Source of the DNA: Chloroflexota bacterium
GTDB taxonomy: Bacteria > Chloroflexota > UBA11872 > VXOZ01
Reading direction: 5' to 3'
Length of the DNA stretch: 64,000 bases
Assembly (NCBI GenBank): GCA_965221905.1
Contig: OZ244922.1
Span: forward strand, 3,104,001-3,168,000
Part shown: positions 31,313 through 40,434 of the stretch, piece by piece
Layout of the letters: each line of letters opens with the position of its first letter
How positions within the stretch are numbered: position 1 is the stretch's first letter
Made by a program: the position numbers and the translations under genes
The notes under the pieces: model-generated
What the model saw: only the letters and a program-made list of their open reading frames with translations
Database searches by the model: none
What the model was told of the DNA's origin: nothing

Positions 31313-32134
31313 ATGGCGGAGGAACACAAATTGGCCGACGCGGCGATACCGATTTCCGTAATTCTGCCTGTCCTGAACGATGAGCCACAGATTTGTGAAA
31401 CTTTGGAGCAGGCAGCTTCCGTCCTAGCCGCCAGCGGGCTCACGTACGAAATCATCGTCGTAGCCGCCGATCTCCAGCATGCAGCCGTACCGGACGCAGC
31501 AGGTCTCTCCTCGGTGCGGTTAGTCTCTCAAGAACACGGCTCCGGTTGGGGTGACGCCATCCTGACCGCCAGCGCACTGGCGCAGCACGACCTCATATGC
31601 ACCATCGATCTACATACTCTCTACGCCGTGGCCGAAATCCCCCGCTTGCTGCACGCACTAGAAGAACACGATGCTGCCATGGTTGTCGGCGCGCGCATCG
31701 GCATACAGAAACCCATCTCCGCGCGGCGCCGAATCCTGCCGTGGATTCTCGACATGTTGGCATCCGACGCCCTGGGAAGACCGATCCTCGACCTCAACTC
31801 CGGCTTACGCCTTCTTCGCCGTACCACATTGCATGAATTCGCCGACCGCCCTTCAGGCCCCGCCACGCTACCCGCCATGTTGACACTCCTGATGACGGCT
31901 GCTGACGCTCCCGTCTTGTATTTGCCTCTTGATGATGAACCACGGGCACGGTCATTCAGGCTCCGCACGGCGCGTGAGACCCTCCGCCTCATTGGTCTCA
32001 TCATCTCCGTCGGACTTGAGCACGCGCGCCGCCGTACCGTATTCCTCATCGGACGCATGGCGCTCATGATGCTTATGATGGTCGCCATGAGCATCATGAT
32101 GATGTGGATGATGGGTATGCTGCCGGGGCTTTGA
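31313..32134 (+). CDS. Glycosyltransferase family 2-like protein, degenerate catalytic motifs, Met-rich C-terminal helix
   Basis: Motifs ISVILPVLNDE, YEIIVV, AMVVGAR and DLNSGLRLLRR are present. The usual DDGS and DxD motifs are absent. Confidence 0.75.
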   Translation: MAEEHKLADAAIPISVILPVLNDEPQICETLEQAASVLAASGLTYEIIVVAADLQHAAVPDAAGLSSVRLVSQEHGSGWGDAILTASALAQHDLICTIDLHTLYAVAEIPRLLHALEEHDAAMVVGARIGIQKPISARRRILPWILDMLASDALGRPILDLNSGLRLLRRTTLHEFADRPSGPATLPAMLTLLMTAADAPVLYLPLDDEPRARSFRLRTARETLRLIGLIISVGLEHARRRTVFLIGRMALMMLMMVAMSIMMMWMMGMLPGL

Positions 32135-32175
32135 GAGAAGCCTCTTCGCGAATTCTCTCAGCCCGATCAACAATG

Positions 32176-32207
32176 GAGAAACCCGGTGCGCTCGCACCGG
32201 GTTTCTC
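32176..32207. terminator. Hairpin / likely terminator between convergent genes
   Basis: GAGAAACCCGGTGCG-ct-CGCACCGGGTTTCTC. Confidence 0.75.
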
Positions 32208-32252
32208 ATCATTCAGCCAGCTATGAGTCTAACCGCTAGCAAGACCGTCGTC

Positions 32253-34058
32253 CTACTGGAAATGGAACGCCACCTGATGTGAACCAGCGCTAAAGTCGGC
32301 TACAGCGAAGACGTGCGACTCTCCACCCACGCTGCGCTGGGTAAGCTCCATGGGCTCCCCATCGAGCAGCACCTGTGCAACCTGCCGGCCGTCATAGTGC
32401 GCCGGCAATGCCAACGTGCCACCGGGCAGTGTATCTTGCGCTTCAACGGTCACGTGTAGGACGCCGCCGGCAGCGTCCCAGCGCTGCTCAGTAAGTACGG
32501 TTGCCCGCCGCTGCTCGTTGAACGTGCACCACGCATCGGTGCTTGGCACGGGCAATTCCTGCTGTGCCGCGTATTTCAAGACCGCCTCGAACCATCCCGC
32601 CGTGCGGATGAACTGCCCGGTGTTCACCTTCACTCCGGTTGCGTAGATCGGGTGGAAGTACAGGTGCACCACCGTATGGAAGTGGTCGCAGGCCGCATCG
32701 ATATACTCTTTGGAGGTAGCGATGGCCTGCTCCTCGCTCAACGGCGGCAGGAAGCTCTTGTCCACCAGCACGTAGTCGTCGCAAAAGAGCGTCTCCTGCT
32801 CGAAGCATTCGATGAATTCGCCATCCTCATCGATAAACCGCATCGGCAGGCCGCTGCCGGTCAGGTAGCCGTATTGCAGGTGATCGCCCGCCCGGAAGTT
32901 CGTATCCATCCGGAAACCGGCGTCGGCCAGTGCCTTGGCGGTTTCCACCCAGCCCGGCCAGATGACGCAGTGGTGGCGCGTGGTCTTAGGTGGATAGCCG
33001 TAGCGCTCCTCGAAGAGCGCGACCTCTTCTTGTATGCGGGTACGCATCTGCTCCACGGTCGGCTTTTGTGAATGCCAGATGTGAGGTCCTGCCGAGTGGC
33101 CCCGTTGCCGGTAGTCGCGCTCCATCTCCGGGGTGAGGTGCGGCAAGTGCTGCTCCATGAGGTAGACGGTGTACTCGCCGCCGTGGGCTTCCACCATGTT
33201 GGTGTACCACTCCATCTGCGGGCGGGTCATGCCGTCGCTATCACCGTTGAAGAGCACCATGGCCGGCGCCGCATCCGGGTAGTACCAGAGACGCGCCAGC
33301 GGCGCTTGCGGCGCGCAGGCCCAATCCAGAACCCGTACAAGCAATTGTTGCTGCAAGTCGGCTTGAGGCAGATCGAGCAATGTGCGGTCGCGGTAACCGA
33401 AGAATAGGTCGCTCGGGCAATATAAGCCATCACCGTCGGCATCGGGATTGGGGCCAGTGCTGGCTTGGTCGCGGCGGCCTTGGTGGAAGAGCACCGTGGA
33501 CGTTGCCAGGTCGTAGGTAAAGACCGCGAAGCGTCCCGCGCCATAGCTGCCGGTGACAATCGCCGGATACGGCAAGGCCCAATCGCGTCCGGCGATCCAG
33601 GCCAGCACGCGCTCACGCCCGCCAAATTCAGCGTACATGTCCGCCGTGCCGTGAAACTGCAAGAAATCGCCTACCGCCGCAAACCAAAGCGGATGATCCC
33701 GCTCCGGCGCGATATAGGCTTCATTCGCTGTGCGCCGCTGCTTTTTGCTAATGCCGAGTTCCGCAGCGGTCGCGGTGGAAGGACGTAAGAATACCACCGG
33801 CGTGCCCTGGCGCAGCGCCTCCAGCGCCGCCGCCTCCGCGCCGGTGTCCTCGCCGCACGGCGCGACAATCACCGCCTGCCTGCCTTCGAGCACACTTGCC
33901 TCCAGTGGCGTTTCCCGCACGTTCTGCTCTTCCGCGCCGGTCAACCCCTCGGCAAAGAGCATCTCCAAAACATAGCGCCCAAGCGGCGCGGCTTGAGGAT
34001 CATAGCAGCACAAAGGGGGGAGCGCAGTTGGCTGGTTACATGGTTTAATGTTCGCCAT
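32253..34058 (-). CDS. Hypothetical protein with a polysaccharide-deacetylase-like metal-dependent domain
   Basis: 601-aa ORF with native codon bias. GDSD, HSAGPH, RHH.VIW, MDTN, GSGLPMRF and FHP resemble NodB-like barrels. Confidence 0.6.
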   Translation of the reverse strand: MANIKPCNQPTALPPLCCYDPQAAPLGRYVLEMLFAEGLTGAEEQNVRETPLEASVLEGRQAVIVAPCGEDTGAEAAALEALRQGTPVVFLRPSTATAAELGISKKQRRTANEAYIAPERDHPLWFAAVGDFLQFHGTADMYAEFGGRERVLAWIAGRDWALPYPAIVTGSYGAGRFAVFTYDLATSTVLFHQGRRDQASTGPNPDADGDGLYCPSDLFFGYRDRTLLDLPQADLQQQLLVRVLDWACAPQAPLARLWYYPDAAPAMVLFNGDSDGMTRPQMEWYTNMVEAHGGEYTVYLMEQHLPHLTPEMERDYRQRGHSAGPHIWHSQKPTVEQMRTRIQEEVALFEERYGYPPKTTRHHCVIWPGWVETAKALADAGFRMDTNFRAGDHLQYGYLTGSGLPMRFIDEDGEFIECFEQETLFCDDYVLVDKSFLPPLSEEQAIATSKEYIDAACDHFHTVVHLYFHPIYATGVKVNTGQFIRTAGWFEAVLKYAAQQELPVPSTDAWCTFNEQRRATVLTEQRWDAAGGVLHVTVEAQDTLPGGTLALPAHYDGRQVAQVLLDGEPMELTQRSVGGESHVFAVADFSAGSHQVAFHFQ

Positions 34059-34226
34059 TTCAAGCTAAGTAGCTTCCTTCCTGTTGAAAGACTCCAGTGT
34101 ACCTGCAGCAACACTGGGAATTGGGCATCCCAAAAACCAAGTCAGAAGATTCGCACTCAAGTATTGCTCCGAGGCTTTGGCTCAACTCCCGCGGCTCGCT
34201 TGCCTTACAATGCTCGGCTAGCTAAT

Positions 34227-35657
34227 TCACTTCTTCCAGGGATTTGGCAATCTCTCGAGTGCGTTTATATCATTGCCCACCGTAAGCTCCACCAAACCGA
34301 TTCTCACGTCTTCGCATCCTGATCGACACTCTCCCTGCCATGTGTCTCCTTCGCCGCGATACCAACCTGGGCCATAGCTAAACCAAACTGCGTTGCCCAT
34401 CCGGGACAAGAAGTCAATCTTGTCACGCAGCGGACCGTAGACATCACCTTTCAAGAACGTAGTCAAGATTGGACCTAGAAACACCGTTGACTCTAGATAC
34501 TTGCGCACGGTGCTGTTGACTTCGCTCCGGTAGTCTGAATTCATGAGGTACGCATAGACGAAACTGTCCCAATTCTCTGAATTCCCCACGTCCTTCACTT
34601 TGCCGCCAATTGCATCCAAGTATGCTACGTACACTGGATAAGCGCTATAGGCATACATGCGTAGAGCATCCCTAAGAAAGAGGTACATTGTAGAATCGCG
34701 ACTTAAGCCGCGGCTTTCCAATTGCAAATGAAGCATGTCATCCGGGCTTATGTCTCTGTTCCACGGCCATGTAATCACCTCAGGAGCAGTTGTTGGCGTT
34801 GGCGGCTGGGCAATCTCACCCAGCGATACCCATGCATTGCCGGTCAAGCGGTACGTAAGTTCGACTTCTTGCGAAGGGCAGCAATTGGCATCATCCGGCC
34901 CCAGTTGCCACGTCTGTAACGTAACGATTCCGTCTGAGATCGCCATTGAGTCGATCCGGATTTTGGCGCCTAGCAAGACGGATGCAACGTGCACCGGCAC
35001 GCCGCCTTCATTGCGAAGCGCTGTGAGATAGGTGAAGACGATGTTTCCACCCTCCCAAATGCCCGTTATTACCGCGGCATCGTCTATGCCGTCAGCATTG
35101 AGATCGCCAAAGGCAAAGGGGTGCTCGTCCCACATCCTTATCCATCTTGGGTGCTCGAGAATTGAACCGTTGGACTTATAGTGAAAAACGTCCTCATAGA
35201 TACCGTCTTTCAACCGCACACGCGCGTCATTGAAACCGAAAGTACTATGAAATAAGTCAGTCTGCAACTCCGCATTGCGCAAGGCGTCGCGGGTAAGTGC
35301 ACTCGTTGCTGCCAACCCAGTAATGGCGGCATAGTCGGCTTCCCACTCGAAGCGCTCGGTGTTGAGGCGTTGTTGCAGTCCATTGGGACCGTTCACCCAG
35401 GTGCGGTAGCCGTCAGTGAATGCAGTCCAATTGTCGGCCTTGCGCCAAGCCAGCAGGCCGCCTGTGGTGTGCTGGTTGCTATCGCCGATGACGTTGTAGT
35501 GCTCGTTATCCAGGCACTCACCGACAATGTCGTGTCCAATGAGGTCGCGCAGCGACTTGAATCCGAGCACGAATTGGCAGTCTGCCGCCAGAGAAACGCT
35601 GGGTGTTACCAGCAATAGCGCGATTCCCAGCAAGAGTGCTCTAATGGTTCGGCCCAC
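34227..35657 (-). CDS. Secreted protein: signal peptide, shared N-terminal domain, LppP/LprE-like beta domain and an unknown helical C-terminus
   Basis: GTG start after GAAAGGGAG. Contains ADCQFVLGF...GECL...TTGGLLAWRKADNWTAFTDG...GPNGLQQRLNTERF, then FGDLNADGIDDAAV...DANCCPS. Confidence 0.8.
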   Translation of the reverse strand: MGRTIRALLLGIALLLVTPSVSLAADCQFVLGFKSLRDLIGHDIVGECLDNEHYNVIGDSNQHTTGGLLAWRKADNWTAFTDGYRTWVNGPNGLQQRLNTERFEWEADYAAITGLAATSALTRDALRNAELQTDLFHSTFGFNDARVRLKDGIYEDVFHYKSNGSILEHPRWIRMWDEHPFAFGDLNADGIDDAAVITGIWEGGNIVFTYLTALRNEGGVPVHVASVLLGAKIRIDSMAISDGIVTLQTWQLGPDDANCCPSQEVELTYRLTGNAWVSLGEIAQPPTPTTAPEVITWPWNRDISPDDMLHLQLESRGLSRDSTMYLFLRDALRMYAYSAYPVYVAYLDAIGGKVKDVGNSENWDSFVYAYLMNSDYRSEVNSTVRKYLESTVFLGPILTTFLKGDVYGPLRDKIDFLSRMGNAVWFSYGPGWYRGEGDTWQGECRSGCEDVRIGLVELTVGNDINALERLPNPWKK

Positions 35658-35688
35658 TGGCTCCCTTTCCCAAGGCACACTTCTCCAG

Positions 35689-35721
35689 CCGTTCATGCTT
35701 CGAGAGGCTCAGCACGAACGG
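35689..35721. repeat. REP-like palindrome family C
   Basis: CCGTTCATGCTTCGAGAGGCTCAGCACGAACGG, with relatives at 48138, 48193, 54348, 57023 and 62412. Confidence 0.8.
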
Positions 35722-35760
35722 ATAGGAGATGCAAGTAAGCTGGCGTCGAATTAGTTTAGC

Positions 35761-37059
35761 TCAGTTCACTGCGGCCAGTGACCGCAGTTCCGCCGCGTTC
35801 TCCTTCACCTTTACGAAGGCATCGGCGATGTCGTCCATGTCTTGCTTGGTACCCAGGAAGGGCGACTGTCCCATCCAGAGTGTCTCCTCCCGGCAGAGGC
35901 GCTCGGCTTCGGGGCATTCCACCTGGCGGTAGTCCATCTGCTTGCCGTAATAGTGGCTCGTGAGCGGGAAGCCGCTGCGCAGCGCGCCGTGCAGGGCGTC
36001 CTGGAACAGCGGATGCTTGTGCAGCGGACGCACGTAGCCGGTGCTGCAAGGAATCCCCTCGGCATTCACGGCCTTGGCAACGAGCTCGCGCGGCGCGCCC
36101 GCGAATTCCTCAGCGTTCATATACTTGAAGATGAAGATGTGGAGCGCATTGCGCTTCACGAATGGATCGACGCGCACGTTCGCCAGTCCCTCGATCTCAG
36201 CCAGACGTGAAGCGAGATATGTCGAATTCTCCGCCCGACGCGCCGCCCAGCCTTCCAAATGACCAAACTGGGAGTGCAGGATCGCGCCCATGATTTCGGA
36301 CATGCGGTAGTTCCAAGAGAGCACCGGAAACTGCGTGTCCCCCGGCTGATTGTAAATATCGTCCTCGAGCTCCACGTGCGAGCGCCAGAAGTCGTGGTAG
36401 TAGACTGCGCGCTTGTAAATATCCTCGTTGTTGGTCGTCACGCAGCCGCCCTCGCCGCTGGTGAGGTTCTTACCGGCCTGAAAGCTCCAACCGGCCGCGT
36501 CGCCCAGCGAACCGAGCTTGCCCTGCGCATGCATGCCGCCGTGGGCGTGGGCGCAGTCTTCCAGCACGAGCAGATTGTGCTTACGCGCAATAGCGTTGAT
36601 CGCGTCCATGTCGGCGGCCATTCCGCCGAAGTGCACGGCAAAGATCGCCCGCGTCTTATCGGTAATGTGGTCTTCGATCAAGGCGGGATTGAGGTTGTAG
36701 GTTTCCGGGTCGATGTCCACGAAGACCGGTACCGCCCCCACCTGCAGCGGCGCGCTGGTCGTCGCCATGAAGGAATACGGCGGCACGATGACTTCATCGC
36801 CGATCTCGACGCCGGCGGCAAGCACGGCCACCTCCAGAGCGGCGGTGCCGCTGCTCACGCAGAGGCCGTAGTCGCAATCGTGGTAGCGCGCAAACTGCTG
36901 CTCGAACTCCCGCGTGCGCGTGCCGTCGCGCCGCCGGTTCCAGCGCGCGCTGCGCAGCACGTCCGTCACCGCGTCAATCGTCTCTTCCCCAACCTGCGGC
37001 CAGCTCGAAAATCCTGTCTGGCGGAGCTTCGGCCCACCATTGATGGCTAGTTTTGCCAC
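35761..37059 (-). CDS. DegT/DnrJ/EryC1/StrS PLP-dependent aminotransferase
   Basis: GTG start MAKLAINGG, then SSGTAAL, VHFGG, EDCAHAHG, SFQAGKNLTSGEGG and NYRMSE. Confidence 0.94.
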   Translation of the reverse strand: MAKLAINGGPKLRQTGFSSWPQVGEETIDAVTDVLRSARWNRRRDGTRTREFEQQFARYHDCDYGLCVSSGTAALEVAVLAAGVEIGDEVIVPPYSFMATTSAPLQVGAVPVFVDIDPETYNLNPALIEDHITDKTRAIFAVHFGGMAADMDAINAIARKHNLLVLEDCAHAHGGMHAQGKLGSLGDAAGWSFQAGKNLTSGEGGCVTTNNEDIYKRAVYYHDFWRSHVELEDDIYNQPGDTQFPVLSWNYRMSEIMGAILHSQFGHLEGWAARRAENSTYLASRLAEIEGLANVRVDPFVKRNALHIFIFKYMNAEEFAGAPRELVAKAVNAEGIPCSTGYVRPLHKHPLFQDALHGALRSGFPLTSHYYGKQMDYRQVECPEAERLCREETLWMGQSPFLGTKQDMDDIADAFVKVKENAAELRSLAAVN

Positions 37060-37309
37060 GGCAAATAAGCCTCGCTTTCTAAATGTCACAACATTCATTA
37101 TGGTCGCCAGTGTGCCCTATAGTATCATGACAGCAAGGCTAAGAAAGGAAAGTAAAAAAATGCCCCACACTGAAGCTCTGCGAAGCTGCCCTTTTATCTA
37201 GGTAAAAGGCAGTACAGTCTCAAAACCCAATCGGTACGTATTGAACGAGTGCAAGGTCTTTGGTAGTATGTGCTTCCGGCGTCATCTTGACTCATTAGGA
37301 GTGTGGGTA

Positions 37310-37972
37310 GTGGCAACCAGAATTGTAGACGTACTTAAAGTGGACCTAGCGTTTGCCGGGATTATGCTGCTCAGAGATTTCGATGAAGTAGAGTCATTTA
37401 GACGGTCAATTGATGCTGATGCAGTAGTCAACGATAAAGGACCTCTCAGTTTTAGCAAGCGGATCTTGCTCGGTAGAGAGCGAATAATACTGGAGTCTGA
37501 CATAACCCCTTCATTCCAAACTACACTAAGTAGAGAGTACCCTACATTTGATGGTTTGGGACGCTTAGCTGAAGTTGCGCGCTGTGCAATTGTAGAGACG
37601 AATTTGAGCGACCAACAATTGCAAGGCTACATTTGCAGAATTGACCTAATCTACGATCAAGACTCGGGCCTGCCAGCAGCAACTTACTTGGCAAACCGGC
37701 TATTCGCCCCTAATCTCCAATGCTATGAAGGTTGGGATCTAAGAGAAGGCTCATGTCGAATGATATTTGCGGAAGGTGAGAACCAGTGGGCCATTTTTGT
37801 TGAACCGCGATTTGGCAATGAGGAAACAAATACCGTCTATCTCTCCGTTGCACGTCGCATGGATGAACAGTCTATCCCCGAGCAAAGTCAAATCGAGGAA
37901 ACTCTAAGAGAAGTCTGGATTAAATCCCAAGACTTCATAAACAGACTGGATGAGGAGATTGGCAGTGCTTGA
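37310..37972 (+). CDS. Hypothetical protein, possibly TIGR04255-like (gene 1 of the AT-richer cassette)
   Basis: GTG start with an AGGAG RBS. REYPTF and RIDLIY recall the Y..W..F and RIGLRY pattern. The family call is an inference. Confidence 0.65.
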   Translation: MATRIVDVLKVDLAFAGIMLLRDFDEVESFRRSIDADAVVNDKGPLSFSKRILLGRERIILESDITPSFQTTLSREYPTFDGLGRLAEVARCAIVETNLSDQQLQGYICRIDLIYDQDSGLPAATYLANRLFAPNLQCYEGWDLREGSCRMIFAEGENQWAIFVEPRFGNEETNTVYLSVARRMDEQSIPEQSQIEETLREVWIKSQDFINRLDEEIGSA

Positions 37973-38639
37973 AAGCATTGTTGCGCCGACAGCTACGAAC
38001 CCCCACAAGTCATCAGTGTTTCATTTTGATAGCCTGAGTCCTTCAGATAACTATTCCCTTGCCACGTCAGTGTTAAGAATCGAATTCAAGTGGCAAGACC
38101 TAAGTACTCACAAAGGGGCTACCGATGCAATTGGTAGGAGCATGCCTATCGCTACTCTGAGGGCGTATCCTTGGAATGACCTCCTCAATGCCAATTTAGA
38201 GCAGAGCGACATCCTTATTCACTCCTTTCAAGTTGGTGTTCCAGCCTCTAGCGTTGCGGGTTTCTCAAGAGGGAGGGCAATCCCTCCAGATCTATCTGAT
38301 GCCCTGGAAGAACATCAACACGCAACCAATGAAGCTGAAGAGGAAGGATTCCCATTACCGTCCGATTTGGCATTGACCAATTCCGAGCGCCTATTGAGGA
38401 AAATGCACAAGATTTCGCCGCAACAATATGAAGTGTACCCCACACCGGACGCTGAAATTGCCATCCGAGCTATGGCTCCGAGAAGGTCAGTCATATTGCT
38501 TTGCGATTCATTGGGGGGAGCATTGTGCCTAGTCAACCTGAACAGTGGTCGTAGGCGCAAAAGGTACCCTAATACCGATGCTTTGCCGGACAGCTTCTTA
38601 GGAGAGGCTCTATTGGACTTGAATAGCGAGAGCATCTAA
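37965..38639 (+). CDS. Hypothetical protein, candidate antitoxin (gene 2 of the cassette)
   Basis: GAGGAG RBS and a GTG start overlapping the gene 1 stop. Ser-rich N-terminal half and a compact C-terminal domain (PLPS.LA...VYPTPD.EIAI...SVILLCD). Confidence 0.65.
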   Translation: MLESIVAPTATNPHKSSVFHFDSLSPSDNYSLATSVLRIEFKWQDLSTHKGATDAIGRSMPIATLRAYPWNDLLNANLEQSDILIHSFQVGVPASSVAGFSRGRAIPPDLSDALEEHQHATNEAEEEGFPLPSDLALTNSERLLRKMHKISPQQYEVYPTPDAEIAIRAMAPRRSVILLCDSLGGALCLVNLNSGRRRKRYPNTDALPDSFLGEALLDLNSESI

Positions 38640-38645
38640 TTCTCC

Positions 38646-39071
38646 ATGGAAGCGCTAGAAGGCATTGAGGCAGCTGAAGAACTTGGCAGAGGCGTCTCAT
38701 CAAGTGGTGACGCAAGGAAACTAAGGAATACAAAGGCTAAGCACTCGCGGGCTAAACACTATTCTTTCTTGCCAAGAAAAGGTGTGGTTGAATTATCAGT
38801 TGACAGGCTAAGTCTTGCGGGGCCTGCGCAGGCAACTGCAATCGCGGATAACCGAGACCGAGCACGTGACCGCAAGTTTTATGGATGGTTGGTTGTTGGT
38901 GCAATGGAGGCAGCGCGTGAGGGACGCTGAGTAGTTGCGTCTCCATTTTCAGGCAACCCATATCACGCTGACATAGTTCTTCCCAGCGAAGCAGCTACAG
39001 ATCGGGACGAACAAAACCACCACGCCCAACAGCTTGCAGACTCCTCATGTTGGCTTGAAGCTATCAGATAG
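38646..39071 (+). pseudogene. ADP-ribosyltransferase/RES-like toxin candidate interrupted by one in-frame TGA at 38928-38930
   Basis: The frame continues for 46 codons after the TGA (VVASPFSGNPYHADIVLP...WLEAIR*). The combined protein has LGR...FLP...LSVDR...NPYHADI. Confidence 0.65.
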
Positions 39072-39133
39072 CCTGGCTACTTTCCAACGCCATTTGGAAC
39101 GCCTCACTGTGTGCATCTTCGCCCTAAAATGGA

Positions 39134-40279
39134 GTGCCAATGAAAATCGTAGACATGAACGTACGCACCTTCACGTACTCATCCCACATCGTGCGGGACG
39201 CTGAGGGGCACACACATCCCGGGCCTGAGCACGAGGCCGCCCAATCGCTGCTCACCGTGGTCACGGATGACGGTGCCACCGGCTACTGCTTTGGAGCGCC
39301 AAGCCCTCGCGTGCTGGAGGACGTCATCAAGCCCGCCATTATCGGGGAAGACCCCATGTACCGCGAGCGCATCTGGAAGACTCTCCACCACTGGCAGCGC
39401 ATGTCCCGCGACCTAACCGACCGCGCGCTCGGCGCGGTGGACATGGCGATCTGGGACCTGGTGGGACGCGCCTTGGGCCAGCCGGTCTACAAGCTGCTCG
39501 GCGCGACCCGCGACAAAGTGCCGGCCTACGCCAGCACCATGTGCGGCGACGAGATTCCGGGCGGTTTGAGCACGCCGGAGGAGTATGGGCAGTTTGCGTT
39601 GCAGTGCAAAGAGCGCGGCTATCCGGCGTTCAAGCTGCATACCTGGATGCCGCCTATCGCCTGGGCGCCCGCTCCCAAGATGGATATTGCCGCCTGTGCT
39701 GCCGTGCGTAAGGCCGTGGGGGACGAGATGGACCTCATGCTCGACTGCTATCATTTCTACAGCCGCACGGAAGCGCTCTCCATCGGCAGAGCGCTGGAAG
39801 AGCTAGGCTACTACTGGCTCGAAGAGCCCATGGACGAATTCAGCACGTCGTCGTACATCTGGCTTGCCGATCAGCTCGATATCCCCGTGGTGGGGCCGGA
39901 AACCGCCGACGGCAAGATGTACACGCGCGCTGAGTGGATTGCTCGCGGCGCGGCCGACATCAGCCGGGGCGGCGTGAGCGACGTGGGCGGCATTACGCCC
40001 CTCATGAAGGTCGTCCACCTCTGCGAGGCATTCAACGTACAGATGGAGGTGCACGGCGGCGGGCCCGGCAACTTGCACGCGCTCTGCGCCATGAACTATC
40101 CCGGCAAGTACTACGAGCGCGGCCTGCTGCATCCCCACATTGACTACGAGGAACTCGAGCCCTGGCTGAATAGCAAGACTGACCCCATGGACAACGCGGG
40201 CTGCGTCCACATCTCCCAAGCGCCCGGCCTCGGCTGGGACATCAACTGGGACTACATCGACGCCCACACGGTGTCGTAG
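39134..40279 (+). CDS. Mandelate racemase/muconate lactonizing enzyme family (enolase superfamily)
   Basis: Motifs AVDMAIWDLVGR, PVYKLLG, FKLH, LMLD, WLEEP, GGIT and EVHG. Confidence 0.93.
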   Translation: MPMKIVDMNVRTFTYSSHIVRDAEGHTHPGPEHEAAQSLLTVVTDDGATGYCFGAPSPRVLEDVIKPAIIGEDPMYRERIWKTLHHWQRMSRDLTDRALGAVDMAIWDLVGRALGQPVYKLLGATRDKVPAYASTMCGDEIPGGLSTPEEYGQFALQCKERGYPAFKLHTWMPPIAWAPAPKMDIAACAAVRKAVGDEMDLMLDCYHFYSRTEALSIGRALEELGYYWLEEPMDEFSTSSYIWLADQLDIPVVGPETADGKMYTRAEWIARGAADISRGGVSDVGGITPLMKVVHLCEAFNVQMEVHGGGPGNLHALCAMNYPGKYYERGLLHPHIDYEELEPWLNSKTDPMDNAGCVHISQAPGLGWDINWDYIDAHTVS

Positions 40280-40434
40280 CTGCAGACAGTGCCAAAGTCC
40301 TCGCTGCAGAGGAGCGGGTCGTTGGGATAGCCTCTCGTCGCTCTTGATCGAGAGGCTTCGCACGCTGTAGAAATTGTGGGCCTGCAAATGGAAGGCCCTA
40401 CTCTCTCAGCTAAACTGACACCGTCACGCGTCAT

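Noticed and set aside
37100-37309. Direct repeats or att sites bounding the AT-richer cassette
   Set aside because: I saw only a local hairpin (CTGCCCTTTTA...TAAAAGGCAG) and no matching repeat at the right border.
38928-38990. Selenocysteine recoding of the TGA in cassette gene 3
   Set aside because: No convincing SECIS hairpin follows the codon, and the context is not a redox Cys motif.
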